Source: Candidatus Moraniibacteriota bacterium (GTDB lineage Bacteria > Patescibacteriota > Minisyncoccia > Moranbacterales > GCA-2747515). Taken from it: 64,000 nt of DNA. Position numbers and translations under genes: made by a program. Positions within the stretch are counted from its first letter, which is position 1. Each line of letters begins with the position of its first letter. The stretch spans positions 70,240 to 134,239 of the forward strand of contig CALNYG010000005.1 of the NCBI GenBank assembly GCA_942490825.1. The letters are read 5' to 3'. The notes below the pieces were generated by a model that saw only the letters and a program-made list of their open reading frames with translations, was not told where the DNA came from and did no database searches. Positions 8,979 through 18,022 of the stretch are shown piece after piece.

Positions 8979-11522
8979 TTAAGCTTGCCACTTATCCCTT
9001 TTCATTTGATCATCTTCAGGACTATCATATTCAGTATCTTTCGTACTAATTAAAACCTTTCTCGGTTTAGAACCATCAGGAGGACCAACCACACCATTAT
9101 CTTCCAAAAGATCAATAATCCTAGCCGCTCGAGCATAACCAACTCGCAATCTCCTTTGAATATAAGAAGTCGACGCCTTTTTTGCTTGCACAACCAAATC
9201 CTTAGCCTCTTCATACAAAGGCTCATCATTTTCCGCACCACCACTTTCATTACCACCAGTCACATTATCAAAATTAACAGCAAAAATTCCCGCAGGATTA
9301 GTAACTTTTACACCATCACCACTTTCAAATTCCAATTCATCTTCGCCAGTATCAAAATTCTGATTTTTAATAAAGTCAACCACTTTTTTAACCTCATGCT
9401 CTTCAATAAAAACACCTTGTAACCTCTGAGCACTCACACTATTCGGAGCAACAAAAAGCATATCACCATGACCAACTAATTTTTCCGCACCCAAGCTATC
9501 AATAATAGTTCGCGAATCAATTCCTGTCGCCACTCGCAAAGCAATTCTCGTCGGTAAGTTAGCCTTAATCAAACCAGTAATAACCTCAACACTCGGTCGT
9601 TGAGTAGAAACAATCAAATGAATTCCAATCGCCCGAGACATCTGTGCCAAACGAACAATCGCACCTTCCACTTCTTTTCCATGAGAAGCCATTAAGTCAG
9701 CCAACTCATCCATAACAATCACAATCATCGGTAAATTTTCCATCTCTTCAGTAATTTTTTTACCAGTTTCAGGGTCAGGATAAACTCGCATTTCACCAGA
9801 CTTCCTTTTTTCATTATATGATCCAATGTCTCGAGAGCCAGTTTCTTGCAACAATTTATAACGTCGTTCCATTTCAGAAATTGCCCATTTTAACGCATTC
9901 AACACTTTATCATTATCAACAATAACATCAGCCAGTAAATGAGGTATTCCATTGTACAAAGAAAGCTCAACTCGTTTTGGATCAACCAGAATCATTTTTA
10001 AATCTTCCGGAGAATTTTTGTAAAGTAGAGAAATTAAAATACTATTAATGGTTACCGATTTTCCTGCTCCAGTCGCTCCCGCCACCAAAAGGTGAGGCAT
10101 CTTTGCTAAATCAGCAATTATAAATTCCCCGTTAACATCTTTTCCTAAAGCTAAAGTAAGGGCACTACTCTGATTTTTAAACTGATTACTTTTAACTAAC
10201 TCCTGCATTCTTACAGCAGCAACTGATTTATTCGGAACTTCGATTCCAACTAAAGATTTTCCAGGGATTGGAGCTTCAATTCTAATCGGATGAGCCGCCA
10301 AAGCCAAAGCTAAATCTGCATTTAAAGAAAGTATTTTAGTTAACTTAACTCCACTCGGTGGTCGGAAACTATATCGGGTTACAGTCGGCCCAGTTACAAT
10401 ATCGTGCAATTCCACATTAATTCCAAAATTTTCAAGAGTTTCTTTAATGACATTTGCATTGGCGTTAACATCGCCACCTTTAGACTTTCCCTGACTTTTT
10501 TCTAAAAGATTCATTGGTGGAAATTTCCAGACAGAACTTTTTCGAGCTTTAGATTTTTGAGGAACCTCTTCAAAAACTTCTTCTTCCTCATATTCGTACT
10601 CATCTTCCTCAACCTCTTCTTTAATAACATTTTCTTTTACAACTTTAGGTTTTTCGTAAAAATCTTCATCACCAACAACTTTTTTTTCAATTTCAATATT
10701 ATTAAATTCTGCATCATCAAAATCTTCATCTCCACCAAATGGGTCTTGAGGAATTTCTTCGCTTTTTTTAATATTCTTTTTCGTCTTCGGAGCAGTTTTT
10801 TCATCTTCAATAATTTCGCCAGTTTCTTCATCATAATATTCATACTCATCTTCCTCACTTTCTTCAACAGGCTCTTCAACAGACTCTTCTTCATATTCGT
10901 ACTCTTCGTCTTCAAGTTCCTCTTCAACTTTTTTACTTTTCTTTTTCTTTCTTTTGAACAATCCTAAAAATTTATTACTTTGTTCTTTCGGCATTTTTTT
11001 CTGCATATCTGAAAAAGAAACGTTGTAAGTAATTATTACTCCGATTAAAATTGTAGCAAATAAAACTAAGATTCCTACTATTTTTCCTACAGCGACTGTA
11101 ATTAAATGAGCGATTAAATATCCGATGTATCCTCCGCCATTTCCTTCTTTGGCTACTTCAACAAAATTTTCAGGTTCAAAAGGTATTAAATGGAACAAAG
11201 CTAAAATGCTGAGAAAGGTTACAATTACGCCAATTATTTTAGTTACGTAAACAACAGTTGAATTTTTTTTAATTAAGACAATTCCGGCAATTGCAAAAAC
11301 CAGTGGTGATAAATATTTACCCCAACCAAAAACGTAGCCAACCAAATGAGTCAGCTTTTTTCCAACGATACCTGCCAGATCGAAAAATCCCAAAGCGAAT
11401 ATTAAAGCTAAAATAAATAAAAAAATCGCAAAGATGCTTCTTTTTGCATCTGTGCTTAAATTTAAGGAAATAAATCCCTCACCATCTCCTTCGTAATCTT
11501 TATTTTTGTTTTTTCTTGCCAT
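8979..11522 (-). CDS. ftsK: DNA translocase FtsK/SpoIIIE
   Basis: 847 aa. N-terminal TM helices, a very acidic low-complexity linker (EDEYEYEEE repeats), a motor domain with Walker A GATGAGKS, and a C-terminal gamma winged helix (TSYIQRRLRVGYARAARIIDLLE). Confidence 0.94.
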   Translation of the reverse strand: MARKNKNKDYEGDGEGFISLNLSTDAKRSIFAIFLFILALIFALGFFDLAGIVGKKLTHLVGYVFGWGKYLSPLVFAIAGIVLIKKNSTVVYVTKIIGVIVTFLSILALFHLIPFEPENFVEVAKEGNGGGYIGYLIAHLITVAVGKIVGILVLFATILIGVIITYNVSFSDMQKKMPKEQSNKFLGLFKRKKKKSKKVEEELEDEEYEYEEESVEEPVEESEEDEYEYYDEETGEIIEDEKTAPKTKKNIKKSEEIPQDPFGGDEDFDDAEFNNIEIEKKVVGDEDFYEKPKVVKENVIKEEVEEDEYEYEEEEVFEEVPQKSKARKSSVWKFPPMNLLEKSQGKSKGGDVNANANVIKETLENFGINVELHDIVTGPTVTRYSFRPPSGVKLTKILSLNADLALALAAHPIRIEAPIPGKSLVGIEVPNKSVAAVRMQELVKSNQFKNQSSALTLALGKDVNGEFIIADLAKMPHLLVAGATGAGKSVTINSILISLLYKNSPEDLKMILVDPKRVELSLYNGIPHLLADVIVDNDKVLNALKWAISEMERRYKLLQETGSRDIGSYNEKRKSGEMRVYPDPETGKKITEEMENLPMIVIVMDELADLMASHGKEVEGAIVRLAQMSRAIGIHLIVSTQRPSVEVITGLIKANLPTRIALRVATGIDSRTIIDSLGAEKLVGHGDMLFVAPNSVSAQRLQGVFIEEHEVKKVVDFIKNQNFDTGEDELEFESGDGVKVTNPAGIFAVNFDNVTGGNESGGAENDEPLYEEAKDLVVQAKKASTSYIQRRLRVGYARAARIIDLLEDNGVVGPPDGSKPRKVLISTKDTEYDSPEDDQMKRDKWQA

Positions 11523-11587
11523 ATAAATTCAATTTTAGCACAAAAGTCCTTTCTTGAAAATCATATAAACTTTTCAAAAGAAATAAA

Positions 11588-11800
11588 GTGCTCGCCGCAC
11601 GGGCTCTGATACACATATGTAGAAATGAATTGCAATTCATCGCTACTACTTAGCTGGTTCAATCTTGTAGATTGAACCAAATGTTTATTTCAATTAAAAG
11701 ATGATTACATGAACTTTTAAGGTAAATAGAAAATTAGAGCTTGGAATAAAAAATGGTTCAATCGAGGACGATTGAACCAACTGAGACTCGCCGCACGGGC
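11588..11800. repeat. mosaic repeat cluster
   Basis: Contains the 17-mer GTGCTCGCCGCACGGGC (11588-11604), a GTAG hairpin GTAGAAATGAATTGCAATTCATCGCTAC (11619-11646), a two-hairpin element (hairpins at 11656-11678 and 11755-11778) and a second 17-mer core (11787-11800). Confidence 0.75.
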
Positions 11801-11882
11801 TATGATGCATTCTTGTAAAATTAATAATAGCCCAAATCCTGTATGAAGAACTTGAGCTATATAGCCTGAATAAATTGATATT

Positions 11883-12242
11883 TTATAAGGCAATCGAACG
11901 AAAAAAGTTATAAAAAAGATTATAGGTCTCCTCATTACACCTCAATTCTTTAAGGTTAAACTTCGTTTTCTGCCCTTCTTGAGGTGAGTGAGTACACTTT
12001 TCATCTGATATTTTAACTATTTCCATGCCAAACTGAGTTGAAACACCGAGCTTAAATACTTGTGTAGACTTAACTAAGTCAACACTCAAAAAAAATACAC
12101 TTCGTCGCCCATGTACAGCATGTTTAAATGTCACTGTTCCTATTTTTTCTCCGTAGAATTCGGGATTGACTTCTACAGTAAGAATTACATTATTTATAAT
12201 ACCTCTCTCTAAATATCCATAAAGAAAAAATATTGTTTCCAT
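11883..12242 (-). CDS. hypothetical 119-aa protein
   Basis: AGGAG SD 5 nt upstream of the ATG. No family recognised. The 3' end runs into the repeat cluster, so the true C-terminus is uncertain. Confidence 0.4.
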   Translation of the reverse strand: METIFFLYGYLERGIINNVILTVEVNPEFYGEKIGTVTFKHAVHGRRSVFFLSVDLVKSTQVFKLGVSTQFGMEIVKISDEKCTHSPQEGQKTKFNLKELRCNEETYNLFYNFFRSIAL

Positions 12243-12335
12243 AGTGTCTCCTATTAGGAAAGTTTTAAAATAAAACCTTTTAAACGAATATTATTTTAAT
12301 AAAATAACTTTAAAATATATCACAGAAACAAAACC

Positions 12336-12364
12336 TTGTCAACCCCACCTTTTCCTGCTATAAT
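12336..12364 (+). promoter_or_regulatory. sigma70-type promoter of smpB (probable leaderless mRNA)
   Basis: TTGTCA (12336-12341), 17 bp, TATAAT (12359-12364). The ATG at 12372 lies 7 nt after the -10 box. The 31-bp cassette is identical at 30 of 31 positions to the rodZ-like promoter (complement of 8279-8309). Confidence 0.65.
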
Positions 12365-12371
12365 CAACACC

Positions 12372-12821
12372 ATGAGCAATCTAGCAATAAACAGAAGAGC
12401 CAAGTACGATTACGAACTCCTCAATAGATACGAGGCAGGTTTAGTATTGCTCGGACACGAAGTCAAATCCACCAAAGCAGGACACATGAGTCTAAAAGGA
12501 TCCTTTGTAGCCATCAAAGACGGAGAAGCCTATTTAACCAACGCCTTAATTACCCTTTACAAATTCACATCATCAAAAATCGAATACGACCCAACCAGAT
12601 CCAGAAAACTATTACTCAAAAAAAGTGAGCTTAAATCTATAATAGGAAAAAAGTCAGTTGAAGGCTTGACATTGGTGCCGATTCGTGTTTATATAAAGGG
12701 TAGGCTGATTAAGTTAGAATTCGCATTGGCAAAAGGGAAAAAGAAATACGACAAAAGAAAATCAATTGCCGATCGAGAAAGCAAAGTAAAAATCGGTCGA
12801 GCGTTAAGAAGTAGAGTGTAA
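12372..12821 (+). CDS. smpB: SsrA-binding protein SmpB
   Basis: MSNLAINRRAKYDYELLNRYEAGLVLLGHEVKS...KGSFV... is the SmpB signature. The start is placed at ATG 12372 because the upstream TTG ORF start coincides with the -35 box. Confidence 0.93.
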   Translation: MSNLAINRRAKYDYELLNRYEAGLVLLGHEVKSTKAGHMSLKGSFVAIKDGEAYLTNALITLYKFTSSKIEYDPTRSRKLLLKKSELKSIIGKKSVEGLTLVPIRVYIKGRLIKLEFALAKGKKKYDKRKSIADRESKVKIGRALRSRV

Positions 12822-12832
12822 ATTTATTTCTC

Positions 12833-12860
12833 GTAGAAACGTTGCACTGCAACGTTTTAG
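12833..12860 (+). repeat. REP-like GTAG hairpin
   Basis: GTAGAAACGTTGCACTGCAACGTTTTAG, 12 nt after the smpB stop. Confidence 0.55.
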
Positions 12861-13042
12861 CAACGTTTTAGAAACAATCCACTTAAACACTAAAGTTTAA
12901 GATTCCAGATAAATTTTTGATTTTTTTAAAAATAAAAAATTTTCCGGAATAACACAGTTTGTTATTTTGTGAGATTCTTAAAGTCTCAAAAAGAATATTT
13001 AATAGATGCGATACAATTAATCGCATCCGCACATTGAAAAAT

Positions 13043-13464
13043 GGGGGTGTCAAGCTTCGACAGTTTGTCATTCGTCAATAAGCACGTCGGGCCATGATCA
13101 AGTATCCCGTAAAACTATTGATCAACTTTTTATAAGTGCAAACTTAGTAAAATCAGCAAAAGCAGTACTAGCGCAAGCTTTTACTCCAGCTTTTGCACCG
13201 TCTTTTGCTTAAATTTTAAGACAAAAGCCATCAACTAGCTAATATCTCATAGGCTAAATTGGTGTCATATCATGAGGATCGTCTAATTTTTTTGTTCCAA
13301 AATTTTAGACTAAACTTAGGAACTAGATATATAATGTTTTGTGAGTTTAGTAATTATATGTTGAAACTAGTTGATTTGCATCAACTTAAAAACTTTACTA
13401 AGCGTGTAGAAATTTGCCGGAGCGTACAAATTTGGACGTGGGTGCAATTCCCACCATCTCCACA
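13043..13464 (+). ncRNA. ssrA: tmRNA (SsrA)
   Basis: The 5' GGGGGTGTCAAGCTTCGACAG pairs with 3' CATCTCC (13455-13461). A T-arm-like GGACGTGGGTGCAATTCCCACC is present. The tag frame resumes at GCA (13138) after AUAAGU and encodes ANLVKSAKAVLAQAFTPAFAPSFA, then TAA (13210-13212). The 3' CCA is not fully encoded (ACAA). Confidence 0.87.
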
Positions 13465-13508
13465 AATTAGACTGAGTAGATTTTTAGATAATTAGATTTG
13501 TAGACATT

Positions 13509-13862
13509 ATGGCACATCAATATCAGAAATTAATTTTTTGGCAAAAATCTATGGATTTAGTTGAAATGGTTTATAAAATTACTGCTGATTTTCCAAAAAG
13601 TGAACAATTTGGATTAACATCTCAAATGAGACGATGCTCAGTTTCAATTCCTTCAAATATTGCTGAGGGTAGCAAACGTAATTCAAATAAAGATTTTTAT
13701 CATTTTTTAACTATATCATTTGGCTCTGGTGCTGAACTAGAGACTCAATTGCAAATTGCCAAAAGATTAAATTTTATATGCGAAGAAGAATATGAAAAAA
13801 TCAATTTATTTTTAACAGAAATCATGAAAATGATAAATAAGTTTAGATCCACTTTAAAATAA
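13509..13862 (+). CDS. four-helix-bundle protein (23S rRNA IVS / Avd-like family)
   Basis: 117 aa. ...LIFWQKSMDLVEMVYKITADFPKSEQFGLTSQMRRCSVSIPSNIAEGSKR....F..FL.IS.GS..ELETQL is the typical signature of the S23/IVS four-helix-bundle family. Confidence 0.85.
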   Translation: MAHQYQKLIFWQKSMDLVEMVYKITADFPKSEQFGLTSQMRRCSVSIPSNIAEGSKRNSNKDFYHFLTISFGSGAELETQLQIAKRLNFICEEEYEKINLFLTEIMKMINKFRSTLK

Positions 13863-13928
13863 TTTTATCAGTCTAATGATCTGATAATCTACCCCTCTAA
13901 TAATCTAATTAATCTAATTACTAATATA

Positions 13929-14477
13929 ATGCGAAGAAGATTTAGAAGAAAACCTAAGAAAACTGCTAAAATACCTCAGATGAGATCAAATGAGCGTATT
14001 TTTACTGATCCAATTTCTTTGATTGATCATAACGATGAACACAAAGGAGAAACTCCACTTGCAGAAGCTAGAGCTTTAGCGGAAAGTGTTGGCTTAGATT
14101 TAGTTGAGGTCTCTCCTAAAGCTAATCCTCCTGTTTGTAAGATTATCGATTATGGTAAGTTTCAGTACAGCCAAGCAAAACAGTATAAACAAAATAAAAG
14201 TCAGCAGAAAAAAGTTGATACTAAAGGTGTTCGAATCGGTCTTCGAACTGGAGAACACGATTTAGACTTTAAAAAAAGACAGGTTGAGAAATTTATCAAG
14301 AAAGGAAACAAAGTTAAAATTGATGTTGTTTTACGAGGACGAGAAAAAGCTCATATGGACTTGGGCAGAAAAAATCTTGAAAATTTCCTTAAAATTATTA
14401 AAGAAGCTCAATTTAAAATTGAAGATGAGATTAAAAGATCACCAGAAGGATTTAGTATATTAATCGCGCCGGAATAG
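13929..14477 (+). CDS. infC: translation initiation factor IF-3
   Basis: 182 aa. LDLVEVSPKANPPVCKIIDYGKFQY and VRIGLRTGEHDLDFK...GNKVKIDVVLRGRE match the IF-3 N and C domains. infC often uses a non-ATG start, so the exact start is uncertain. Confidence 0.9.
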   Translation: MRRRFRRKPKKTAKIPQMRSNERIFTDPISLIDHNDEHKGETPLAEARALAESVGLDLVEVSPKANPPVCKIIDYGKFQYSQAKQYKQNKSQQKKVDTKGVRIGLRTGEHDLDFKKRQVEKFIKKGNKVKIDVVLRGREKAHMDLGRKNLENFLKIIKEAQFKIEDEIKRSPEGFSILIAPE

Positions 14478-14565
14478 TTCATTTTTCTTGACAATTCTTT
14501 GATTAAAAGCTATTATTCTTTAATAGTAGTACAATTTTATATTTATACATTTATAGGATAAATTT

Positions 14566-14760
14566 ATGCCAAAGATCAAAACACGAAAATCTCTTGTTAA
14601 AAAAGTTAAAGTTTCTAAAAATGGAAAAGTGACTCGTCGAGCATCTGGTCAAAATCACTTTAATTCTAAAGATACTGGAAGTGAAACTAGAGCGAAGAGA
14701 AAAGATAAGAGACTTTCTAAAAAAGACGAGCAAAATGTTTTAAAAGCATTGGTTAACTAA
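14566..14760 (+). CDS. rpmI: 50S ribosomal protein L35
   Basis: MPKIKTRKSLVKKVKVSKNGKVTRRASGQNH is the L35 signature. It follows infC, the conserved operon order. Confidence 0.94.
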   Translation: MPKIKTRKSLVKKVKVSKNGKVTRRASGQNHFNSKDTGSETRAKRKDKRLSKKDEQNVLKALVN

Positions 14761-14809
14761 TAATTAATTTCCAGTTACTAGTTTACTAGTTTACTGTTTT
14801 ACTAAAAAT

Positions 14810-15154
14810 ATGCCTAGAGTTAAGCGCGGGGTTACCGCATCTAAAAGAAGAAGAAATCTATTGAAGCTAGCAAAAGGTTTTAAATGGCGACGAAGTACTC
14901 ATTATCGAGCAGCTAAAGAAGCTATTATCAAAGCTGGTAAGTATAAATATCGTGATCGTCGAACAAAGAAACGAACTATGAGAGGTTTATGGATAATTCG
15001 TTTGAATAATGCTTTGAGACTTCATGGTTTGAAATATAGCACTTTCATCAATGATATGTCTAAGAAAGATATTCAACTTGATAGAAAAGTTTTGTCTTTC
15101 ATGGCAATGGAAAATCCTGAGATTTTTGCAAAGTTTATTGAAAAGATTAAATAA
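14810..15154 (+). CDS. rplT: 50S ribosomal protein L20
   Basis: MPRVKRGVTASKRRRNLLKLAKGF...YRDRRTKKRTMRGLWIIRLNNA is the L20 signature. Confidence 0.96.
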   Translation: MPRVKRGVTASKRRRNLLKLAKGFKWRRSTHYRAAKEAIIKAGKYKYRDRRTKKRTMRGLWIIRLNNALRLHGLKYSTFINDMSKKDIQLDRKVLSFMAMENPEIFAKFIEKIK

Positions 15155-15170
15155 GACTTTCTTTAAAAAA

Positions 15171-15192
15171 TCACCCGAAAGGGTGGTTTTTT
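15171..15192 (+). terminator. rho-independent terminator after rplT
   Basis: Stem TCACCC, loop GAAA, stem GGGTGG, followed by a T run. Confidence 0.85.
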
Positions 15193-15303
15193 GTTTGCAT
15201 AATTTTAATTTAAATTGTGCTCGCCGCACGGGCTTTTCACTATTGAACATTTTCCGAAATTCTAAAAAATTCTCTGTAATTTTTACCGCCCTTTAAGTCT
15301 ACT

Positions 15304-15463
15304 GTCATTCTGAACGTAGTAAATTTATCGCAGATAAATTTATGAAGTGAAGGATCCCCCACAGAAAATCACAAGGTTTTAAAATTAAAATATCAGAAAA
15401 ACTTACTGGGATTCTTCACTGCGTAATTTTGTTTAACAACAAAATTACTTCGTTCAGAATGAC
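15304..15463. repeat. 160-bp MITE (GTCATTCTGAACG / CGTTCAGAATGAC inverted ends)
   Basis: 13-bp perfect terminal inverted repeats at 15304-15316 and 15451-15463. The internal sequence is shared with 6850-7168 and 47724-47872. It contains a GTAG-hairpin (15316-15342). Confidence 0.8.
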
Positions 15464-15494
15464 ATGTTGAATTATTAAAAAATCTCTCAAACAT

Positions 15495-15686
15495 GTCATT
15501 CCGGAAAATAATTTTGTAACGTAGTGGAAAAATTATTTATCCGGAATCTAGGTGGAGTTAATCTTGAAGTTTATAAATTGACTTTAGTTTTTTGTAAAAT
15601 TTAAAGTTTCATTCTCCTGGATCACGGATAAATTATTTTCTATTTCATCGCTTCGCTCTGAAAGAAAATATATTTTCCGAGATGAC
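15495..15686. repeat. MITE of the GTCATTCCGG subfamily
   Basis: Ends are GTCATTCCGGAAAATAATTTT and AAATATATTTTCCGAGATGAC. Homologous to 38813-39020 and 42857-43004, with shared CTAGATTCCGGATAAAT(T/A)ATTTT blocks. Confidence 0.75.
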
Positions 15687-15744
15687 ATACTGGGATATTT
15701 TTTATGTTATAATAAAGAAGGTTAATTTTTGAAAAAAAGATAAT

Positions 15745-15954
15745 ATGGATTTATTTATAAGTATAATGGGATTTGCAGGTTTTGGTATAATTGTTTTAGC
15801 TTCTCCTATACTGATAGTAACTACAATAATTGGTTTTGTCGAAAAAGATTTTAAATATTTTAAAACGACTTTAAAAATTTGGGGAGCAGGTCTATTGATG
15901 TTAGTAATAGCTATGATTGTATTTGTTATTTTACAAACATTAACAAATATTTAA
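15745..15954 (+). CDS. hypothetical small membrane protein
   Basis: 69 aa with two hydrophobic helices. The ribosome-binding site is weak. Confidence 0.35.
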   Translation: MDLFISIMGFAGFGIIVLASPILIVTTIIGFVEKDFKYFKTTLKIWGAGLLMLVIAMIVFVILQTLTNI

Positions 15955-15959
15955 ATTTG

Positions 15960-16355
15960 ATGAATAGATCAAAGAAAAAATTTTCTATTAAAAATGGTTT
16001 TAAGCCTTTTTATATAAAAAGCTGGCGATTTAGGCTGTTTATTTTTTTGATTTTGATTTTTTCAATCTATGCTCCAGATTATCTAAAATCAATAAATTAT
16101 GATGAAAATTTTATAAAATTGAGCATGATAACATTCTCCATATCCTTAATTTTAAGCCCTTTCACTCAAATAATAAAATACATTTTCTATACAATTAGAA
16201 AGATTGGGATAATTAGGCTTAATAGGTGGGATGATGACATTGAAGAATCCGCTAAATCTTTTTTACTTGATACAGGAATTTTTGGTGTTGAATTATTAAT
16301 TTTTTTGTTTGGGATAACTATTTTTGTAGGTCAAATAATTTTTTATTTTTTCTAA
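15960..16355 (+). CDS. hypothetical membrane protein
   Basis: The start is trimmed to ATG 15960 (MNRSKKKF...). The product has multiple hydrophobic helices. No family recognised. Confidence 0.4.
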   Translation: MNRSKKKFSIKNGFKPFYIKSWRFRLFIFLILIFSIYAPDYLKSINYDENFIKLSMITFSISLILSPFTQIIKYIFYTIRKIGIIRLNRWDDDIEESAKSFLLDTGIFGVELLIFLFGITIFVGQIIFYFF

Positions 16356-16468
16356 ATATTCACTATTAGTTTTTTTAAGAAAGCATTTTGCAACCCATTC
16401 CAAAATATTTTTAAAAACAAAAAGAACCAGTTGTAAAACTGGTTCTTGCTTTTTTATGCAGACAAAAA

Positions 16469-17605
16469 CTAAACACTCTTCCCCAATTCTTCCATCAACT
16501 CCATATAAAACCTCAAGTTATGAATCGTCGCCAACTGCGGACCCAATGGCTCCTTTGTCCGAAAAAGATGATTAATATAAGCACTCGTATGATTCGCACA
16601 AGCATAACAATCACAATTCCCATCAATCGGCGTAAAATCCTCTTTAAATCGACTATTTGAAATATTTATCGTTTCATAAAAATCCTTCGAATCATTTTCA
16701 AAAATAACATCTTTATCTTTCCATTTAAAAATTCTACTGTGTCGCCCTTCCCGTGTCGGAATCACACAATCAAACATATCCCAGCCAGCCGCAAAACACC
16801 TGGCAATATCTTGCGGAGTACCAATTCCCAAAGCAAACTTCAACGCATCATCAGGAATATAACTAGCCGTGTCTTTAATTATCTGCTCAAGAAAAACATC
16901 ATTCTCATCAAGATGTCGCCCACCAAAACCATAACCATCAAAACCAATTTCTTTCAAACCATCAGCACACTTTTCTCGTAAGTCAGAATGAAGTCCGCCT
17001 TGTACTACACCAAAAAGCAAAGGTCTTTTATCTTCGGAAATTTCTCTTTTTTCAATTTGTTTTTCAAATTCAATCTTACATCTTTTCGCCCAACGGACAG
17101 TTCGCTCAACTGATTCATCCATTATCTCTTTCTCAATATTATTCGGACGAGGATCATCTAAAACCACAATCATGTCTACACCTAAATCAAACTGAACTTC
17201 AATTGCCAATTCAGGAGTCAATAAATGTTTTGATCCATCAATTACACTTTTAAATACTGCACCATCTTCAGTGATTTTTCCTAATTTTGGATTTTTGTGA
17301 ATGAGTGAATAAACTTGATAACCACCACTATCAGAAAGCAAAGGTTTTTTCCAATTCATAAATTTGTGAACTCCGCCTGCCTTTCTGATTAAACCCATTT
17401 TTGGTTGTAAAAAAAGATGGTAGGTGTTTACTACCATTGCTCGAATCCCTGTTTCATCCAATCGATTGTTTGTCAGCCCACGAACACTGGCTCGAGTGGC
17501 GTCTGGCATGAAAAAAGGCGTGGTTATTTTTCCTGATTTTAATTCAACTTCAAGAGTTCGACTTAGATTTTTTTCGCTTTCAGATATTTTTTTAATGTGA
17601 TTCAT
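16469..17605 (-). CDS. tgt: queuine tRNA-ribosyltransferase (tRNA-guanine transglycosylase)
   Basis: 378 aa. LLSDSGGYQV, GFGGRHL and the Zn motif CDCYAC....H are TGT signatures. Confidence 0.9.
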   Translation of the reverse strand: MNHIKKISESEKNLSRTLEVELKSGKITTPFFMPDATRASVRGLTNNRLDETGIRAMVVNTYHLFLQPKMGLIRKAGGVHKFMNWKKPLLSDSGGYQVYSLIHKNPKLGKITEDGAVFKSVIDGSKHLLTPELAIEVQFDLGVDMIVVLDDPRPNNIEKEIMDESVERTVRWAKRCKIEFEKQIEKREISEDKRPLLFGVVQGGLHSDLREKCADGLKEIGFDGYGFGGRHLDENDVFLEQIIKDTASYIPDDALKFALGIGTPQDIARCFAAGWDMFDCVIPTREGRHSRIFKWKDKDVIFENDSKDFYETINISNSRFKEDFTPIDGNCDCYACANHTSAYINHLFRTKEPLGPQLATIHNLRFYMELMEELGKSV

Positions 17606-17687
17606 ATAGTAGGTTTATTAAATAATTAGATTTGCATATTTTTTACGACACACTATCTTCGGAAAAGATTTGTAAAAATTTACTTAC

Positions 17688-17783
17688 GCCGGAATGGGTG
17701 TGTCAGAGATCACCCATTCCGACCTGTCCGCCAAATGGGCGGGAACGTTACAGAAGCAGTGGTCACGACACACTACTTCTGGC
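17688..17783. repeat. 97-bp palindromic element
   Basis: GCCGGAATGGGTGTGTCAGAGATCACC...GTGGTCACGACACACTACTTCTGGC has long inverted arms. Copies lie at 43135-43231 and 49631-49727 (inverted), with a fragment at 7021-7063. Confidence 0.75.
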
Positions 17784-17871
17784 AAAAAACACATTACTTC
17801 CAGTAAGGATTTGTAAAAACGCTGAATTATCACATTTTTTAATTATTAAAAAATGTAGCCAAACGATCGCT

Positions 17872-18012
17872 GGTTCAGTCTTGTAGACTGAATTTCCTGT
17901 TTATCCCAATTTTTAAAATGTTCAACTAATTTAAACATTTAGTTCAATCTACAAGATTGAACTAACCCAAAAAAAGCCCGTGCGGCGAGCCTGCCCATCA
18001 GCAAGACAGGCG
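17872..18012. repeat. two-hairpin element fused to the 17-mer and a CCTG..CAGG hairpin module
   Basis: Contains hairpins TTCAGTCTTGTAGACTGAA (17872-17893) and GTTCAATCTACAAGATTGAAC (17941-17963), then AAAAAGCCCGTGCGGCGAGC (17976-17990), then CCTGCCCATCAGCAAGACAGG. Confidence 0.7.
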
Positions 18013-18022
18013 TTTTTTTATT

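Noticed and set aside
13509-13862. The Avd-like four-helix-bundle gene could mark a diversity-generating retroelement.
   Set aside because: No reverse transcriptase ORF and no template/variable repeat pair is visible anywhere in the 64 kb. This family also occurs as stand-alone IVS-type genes.
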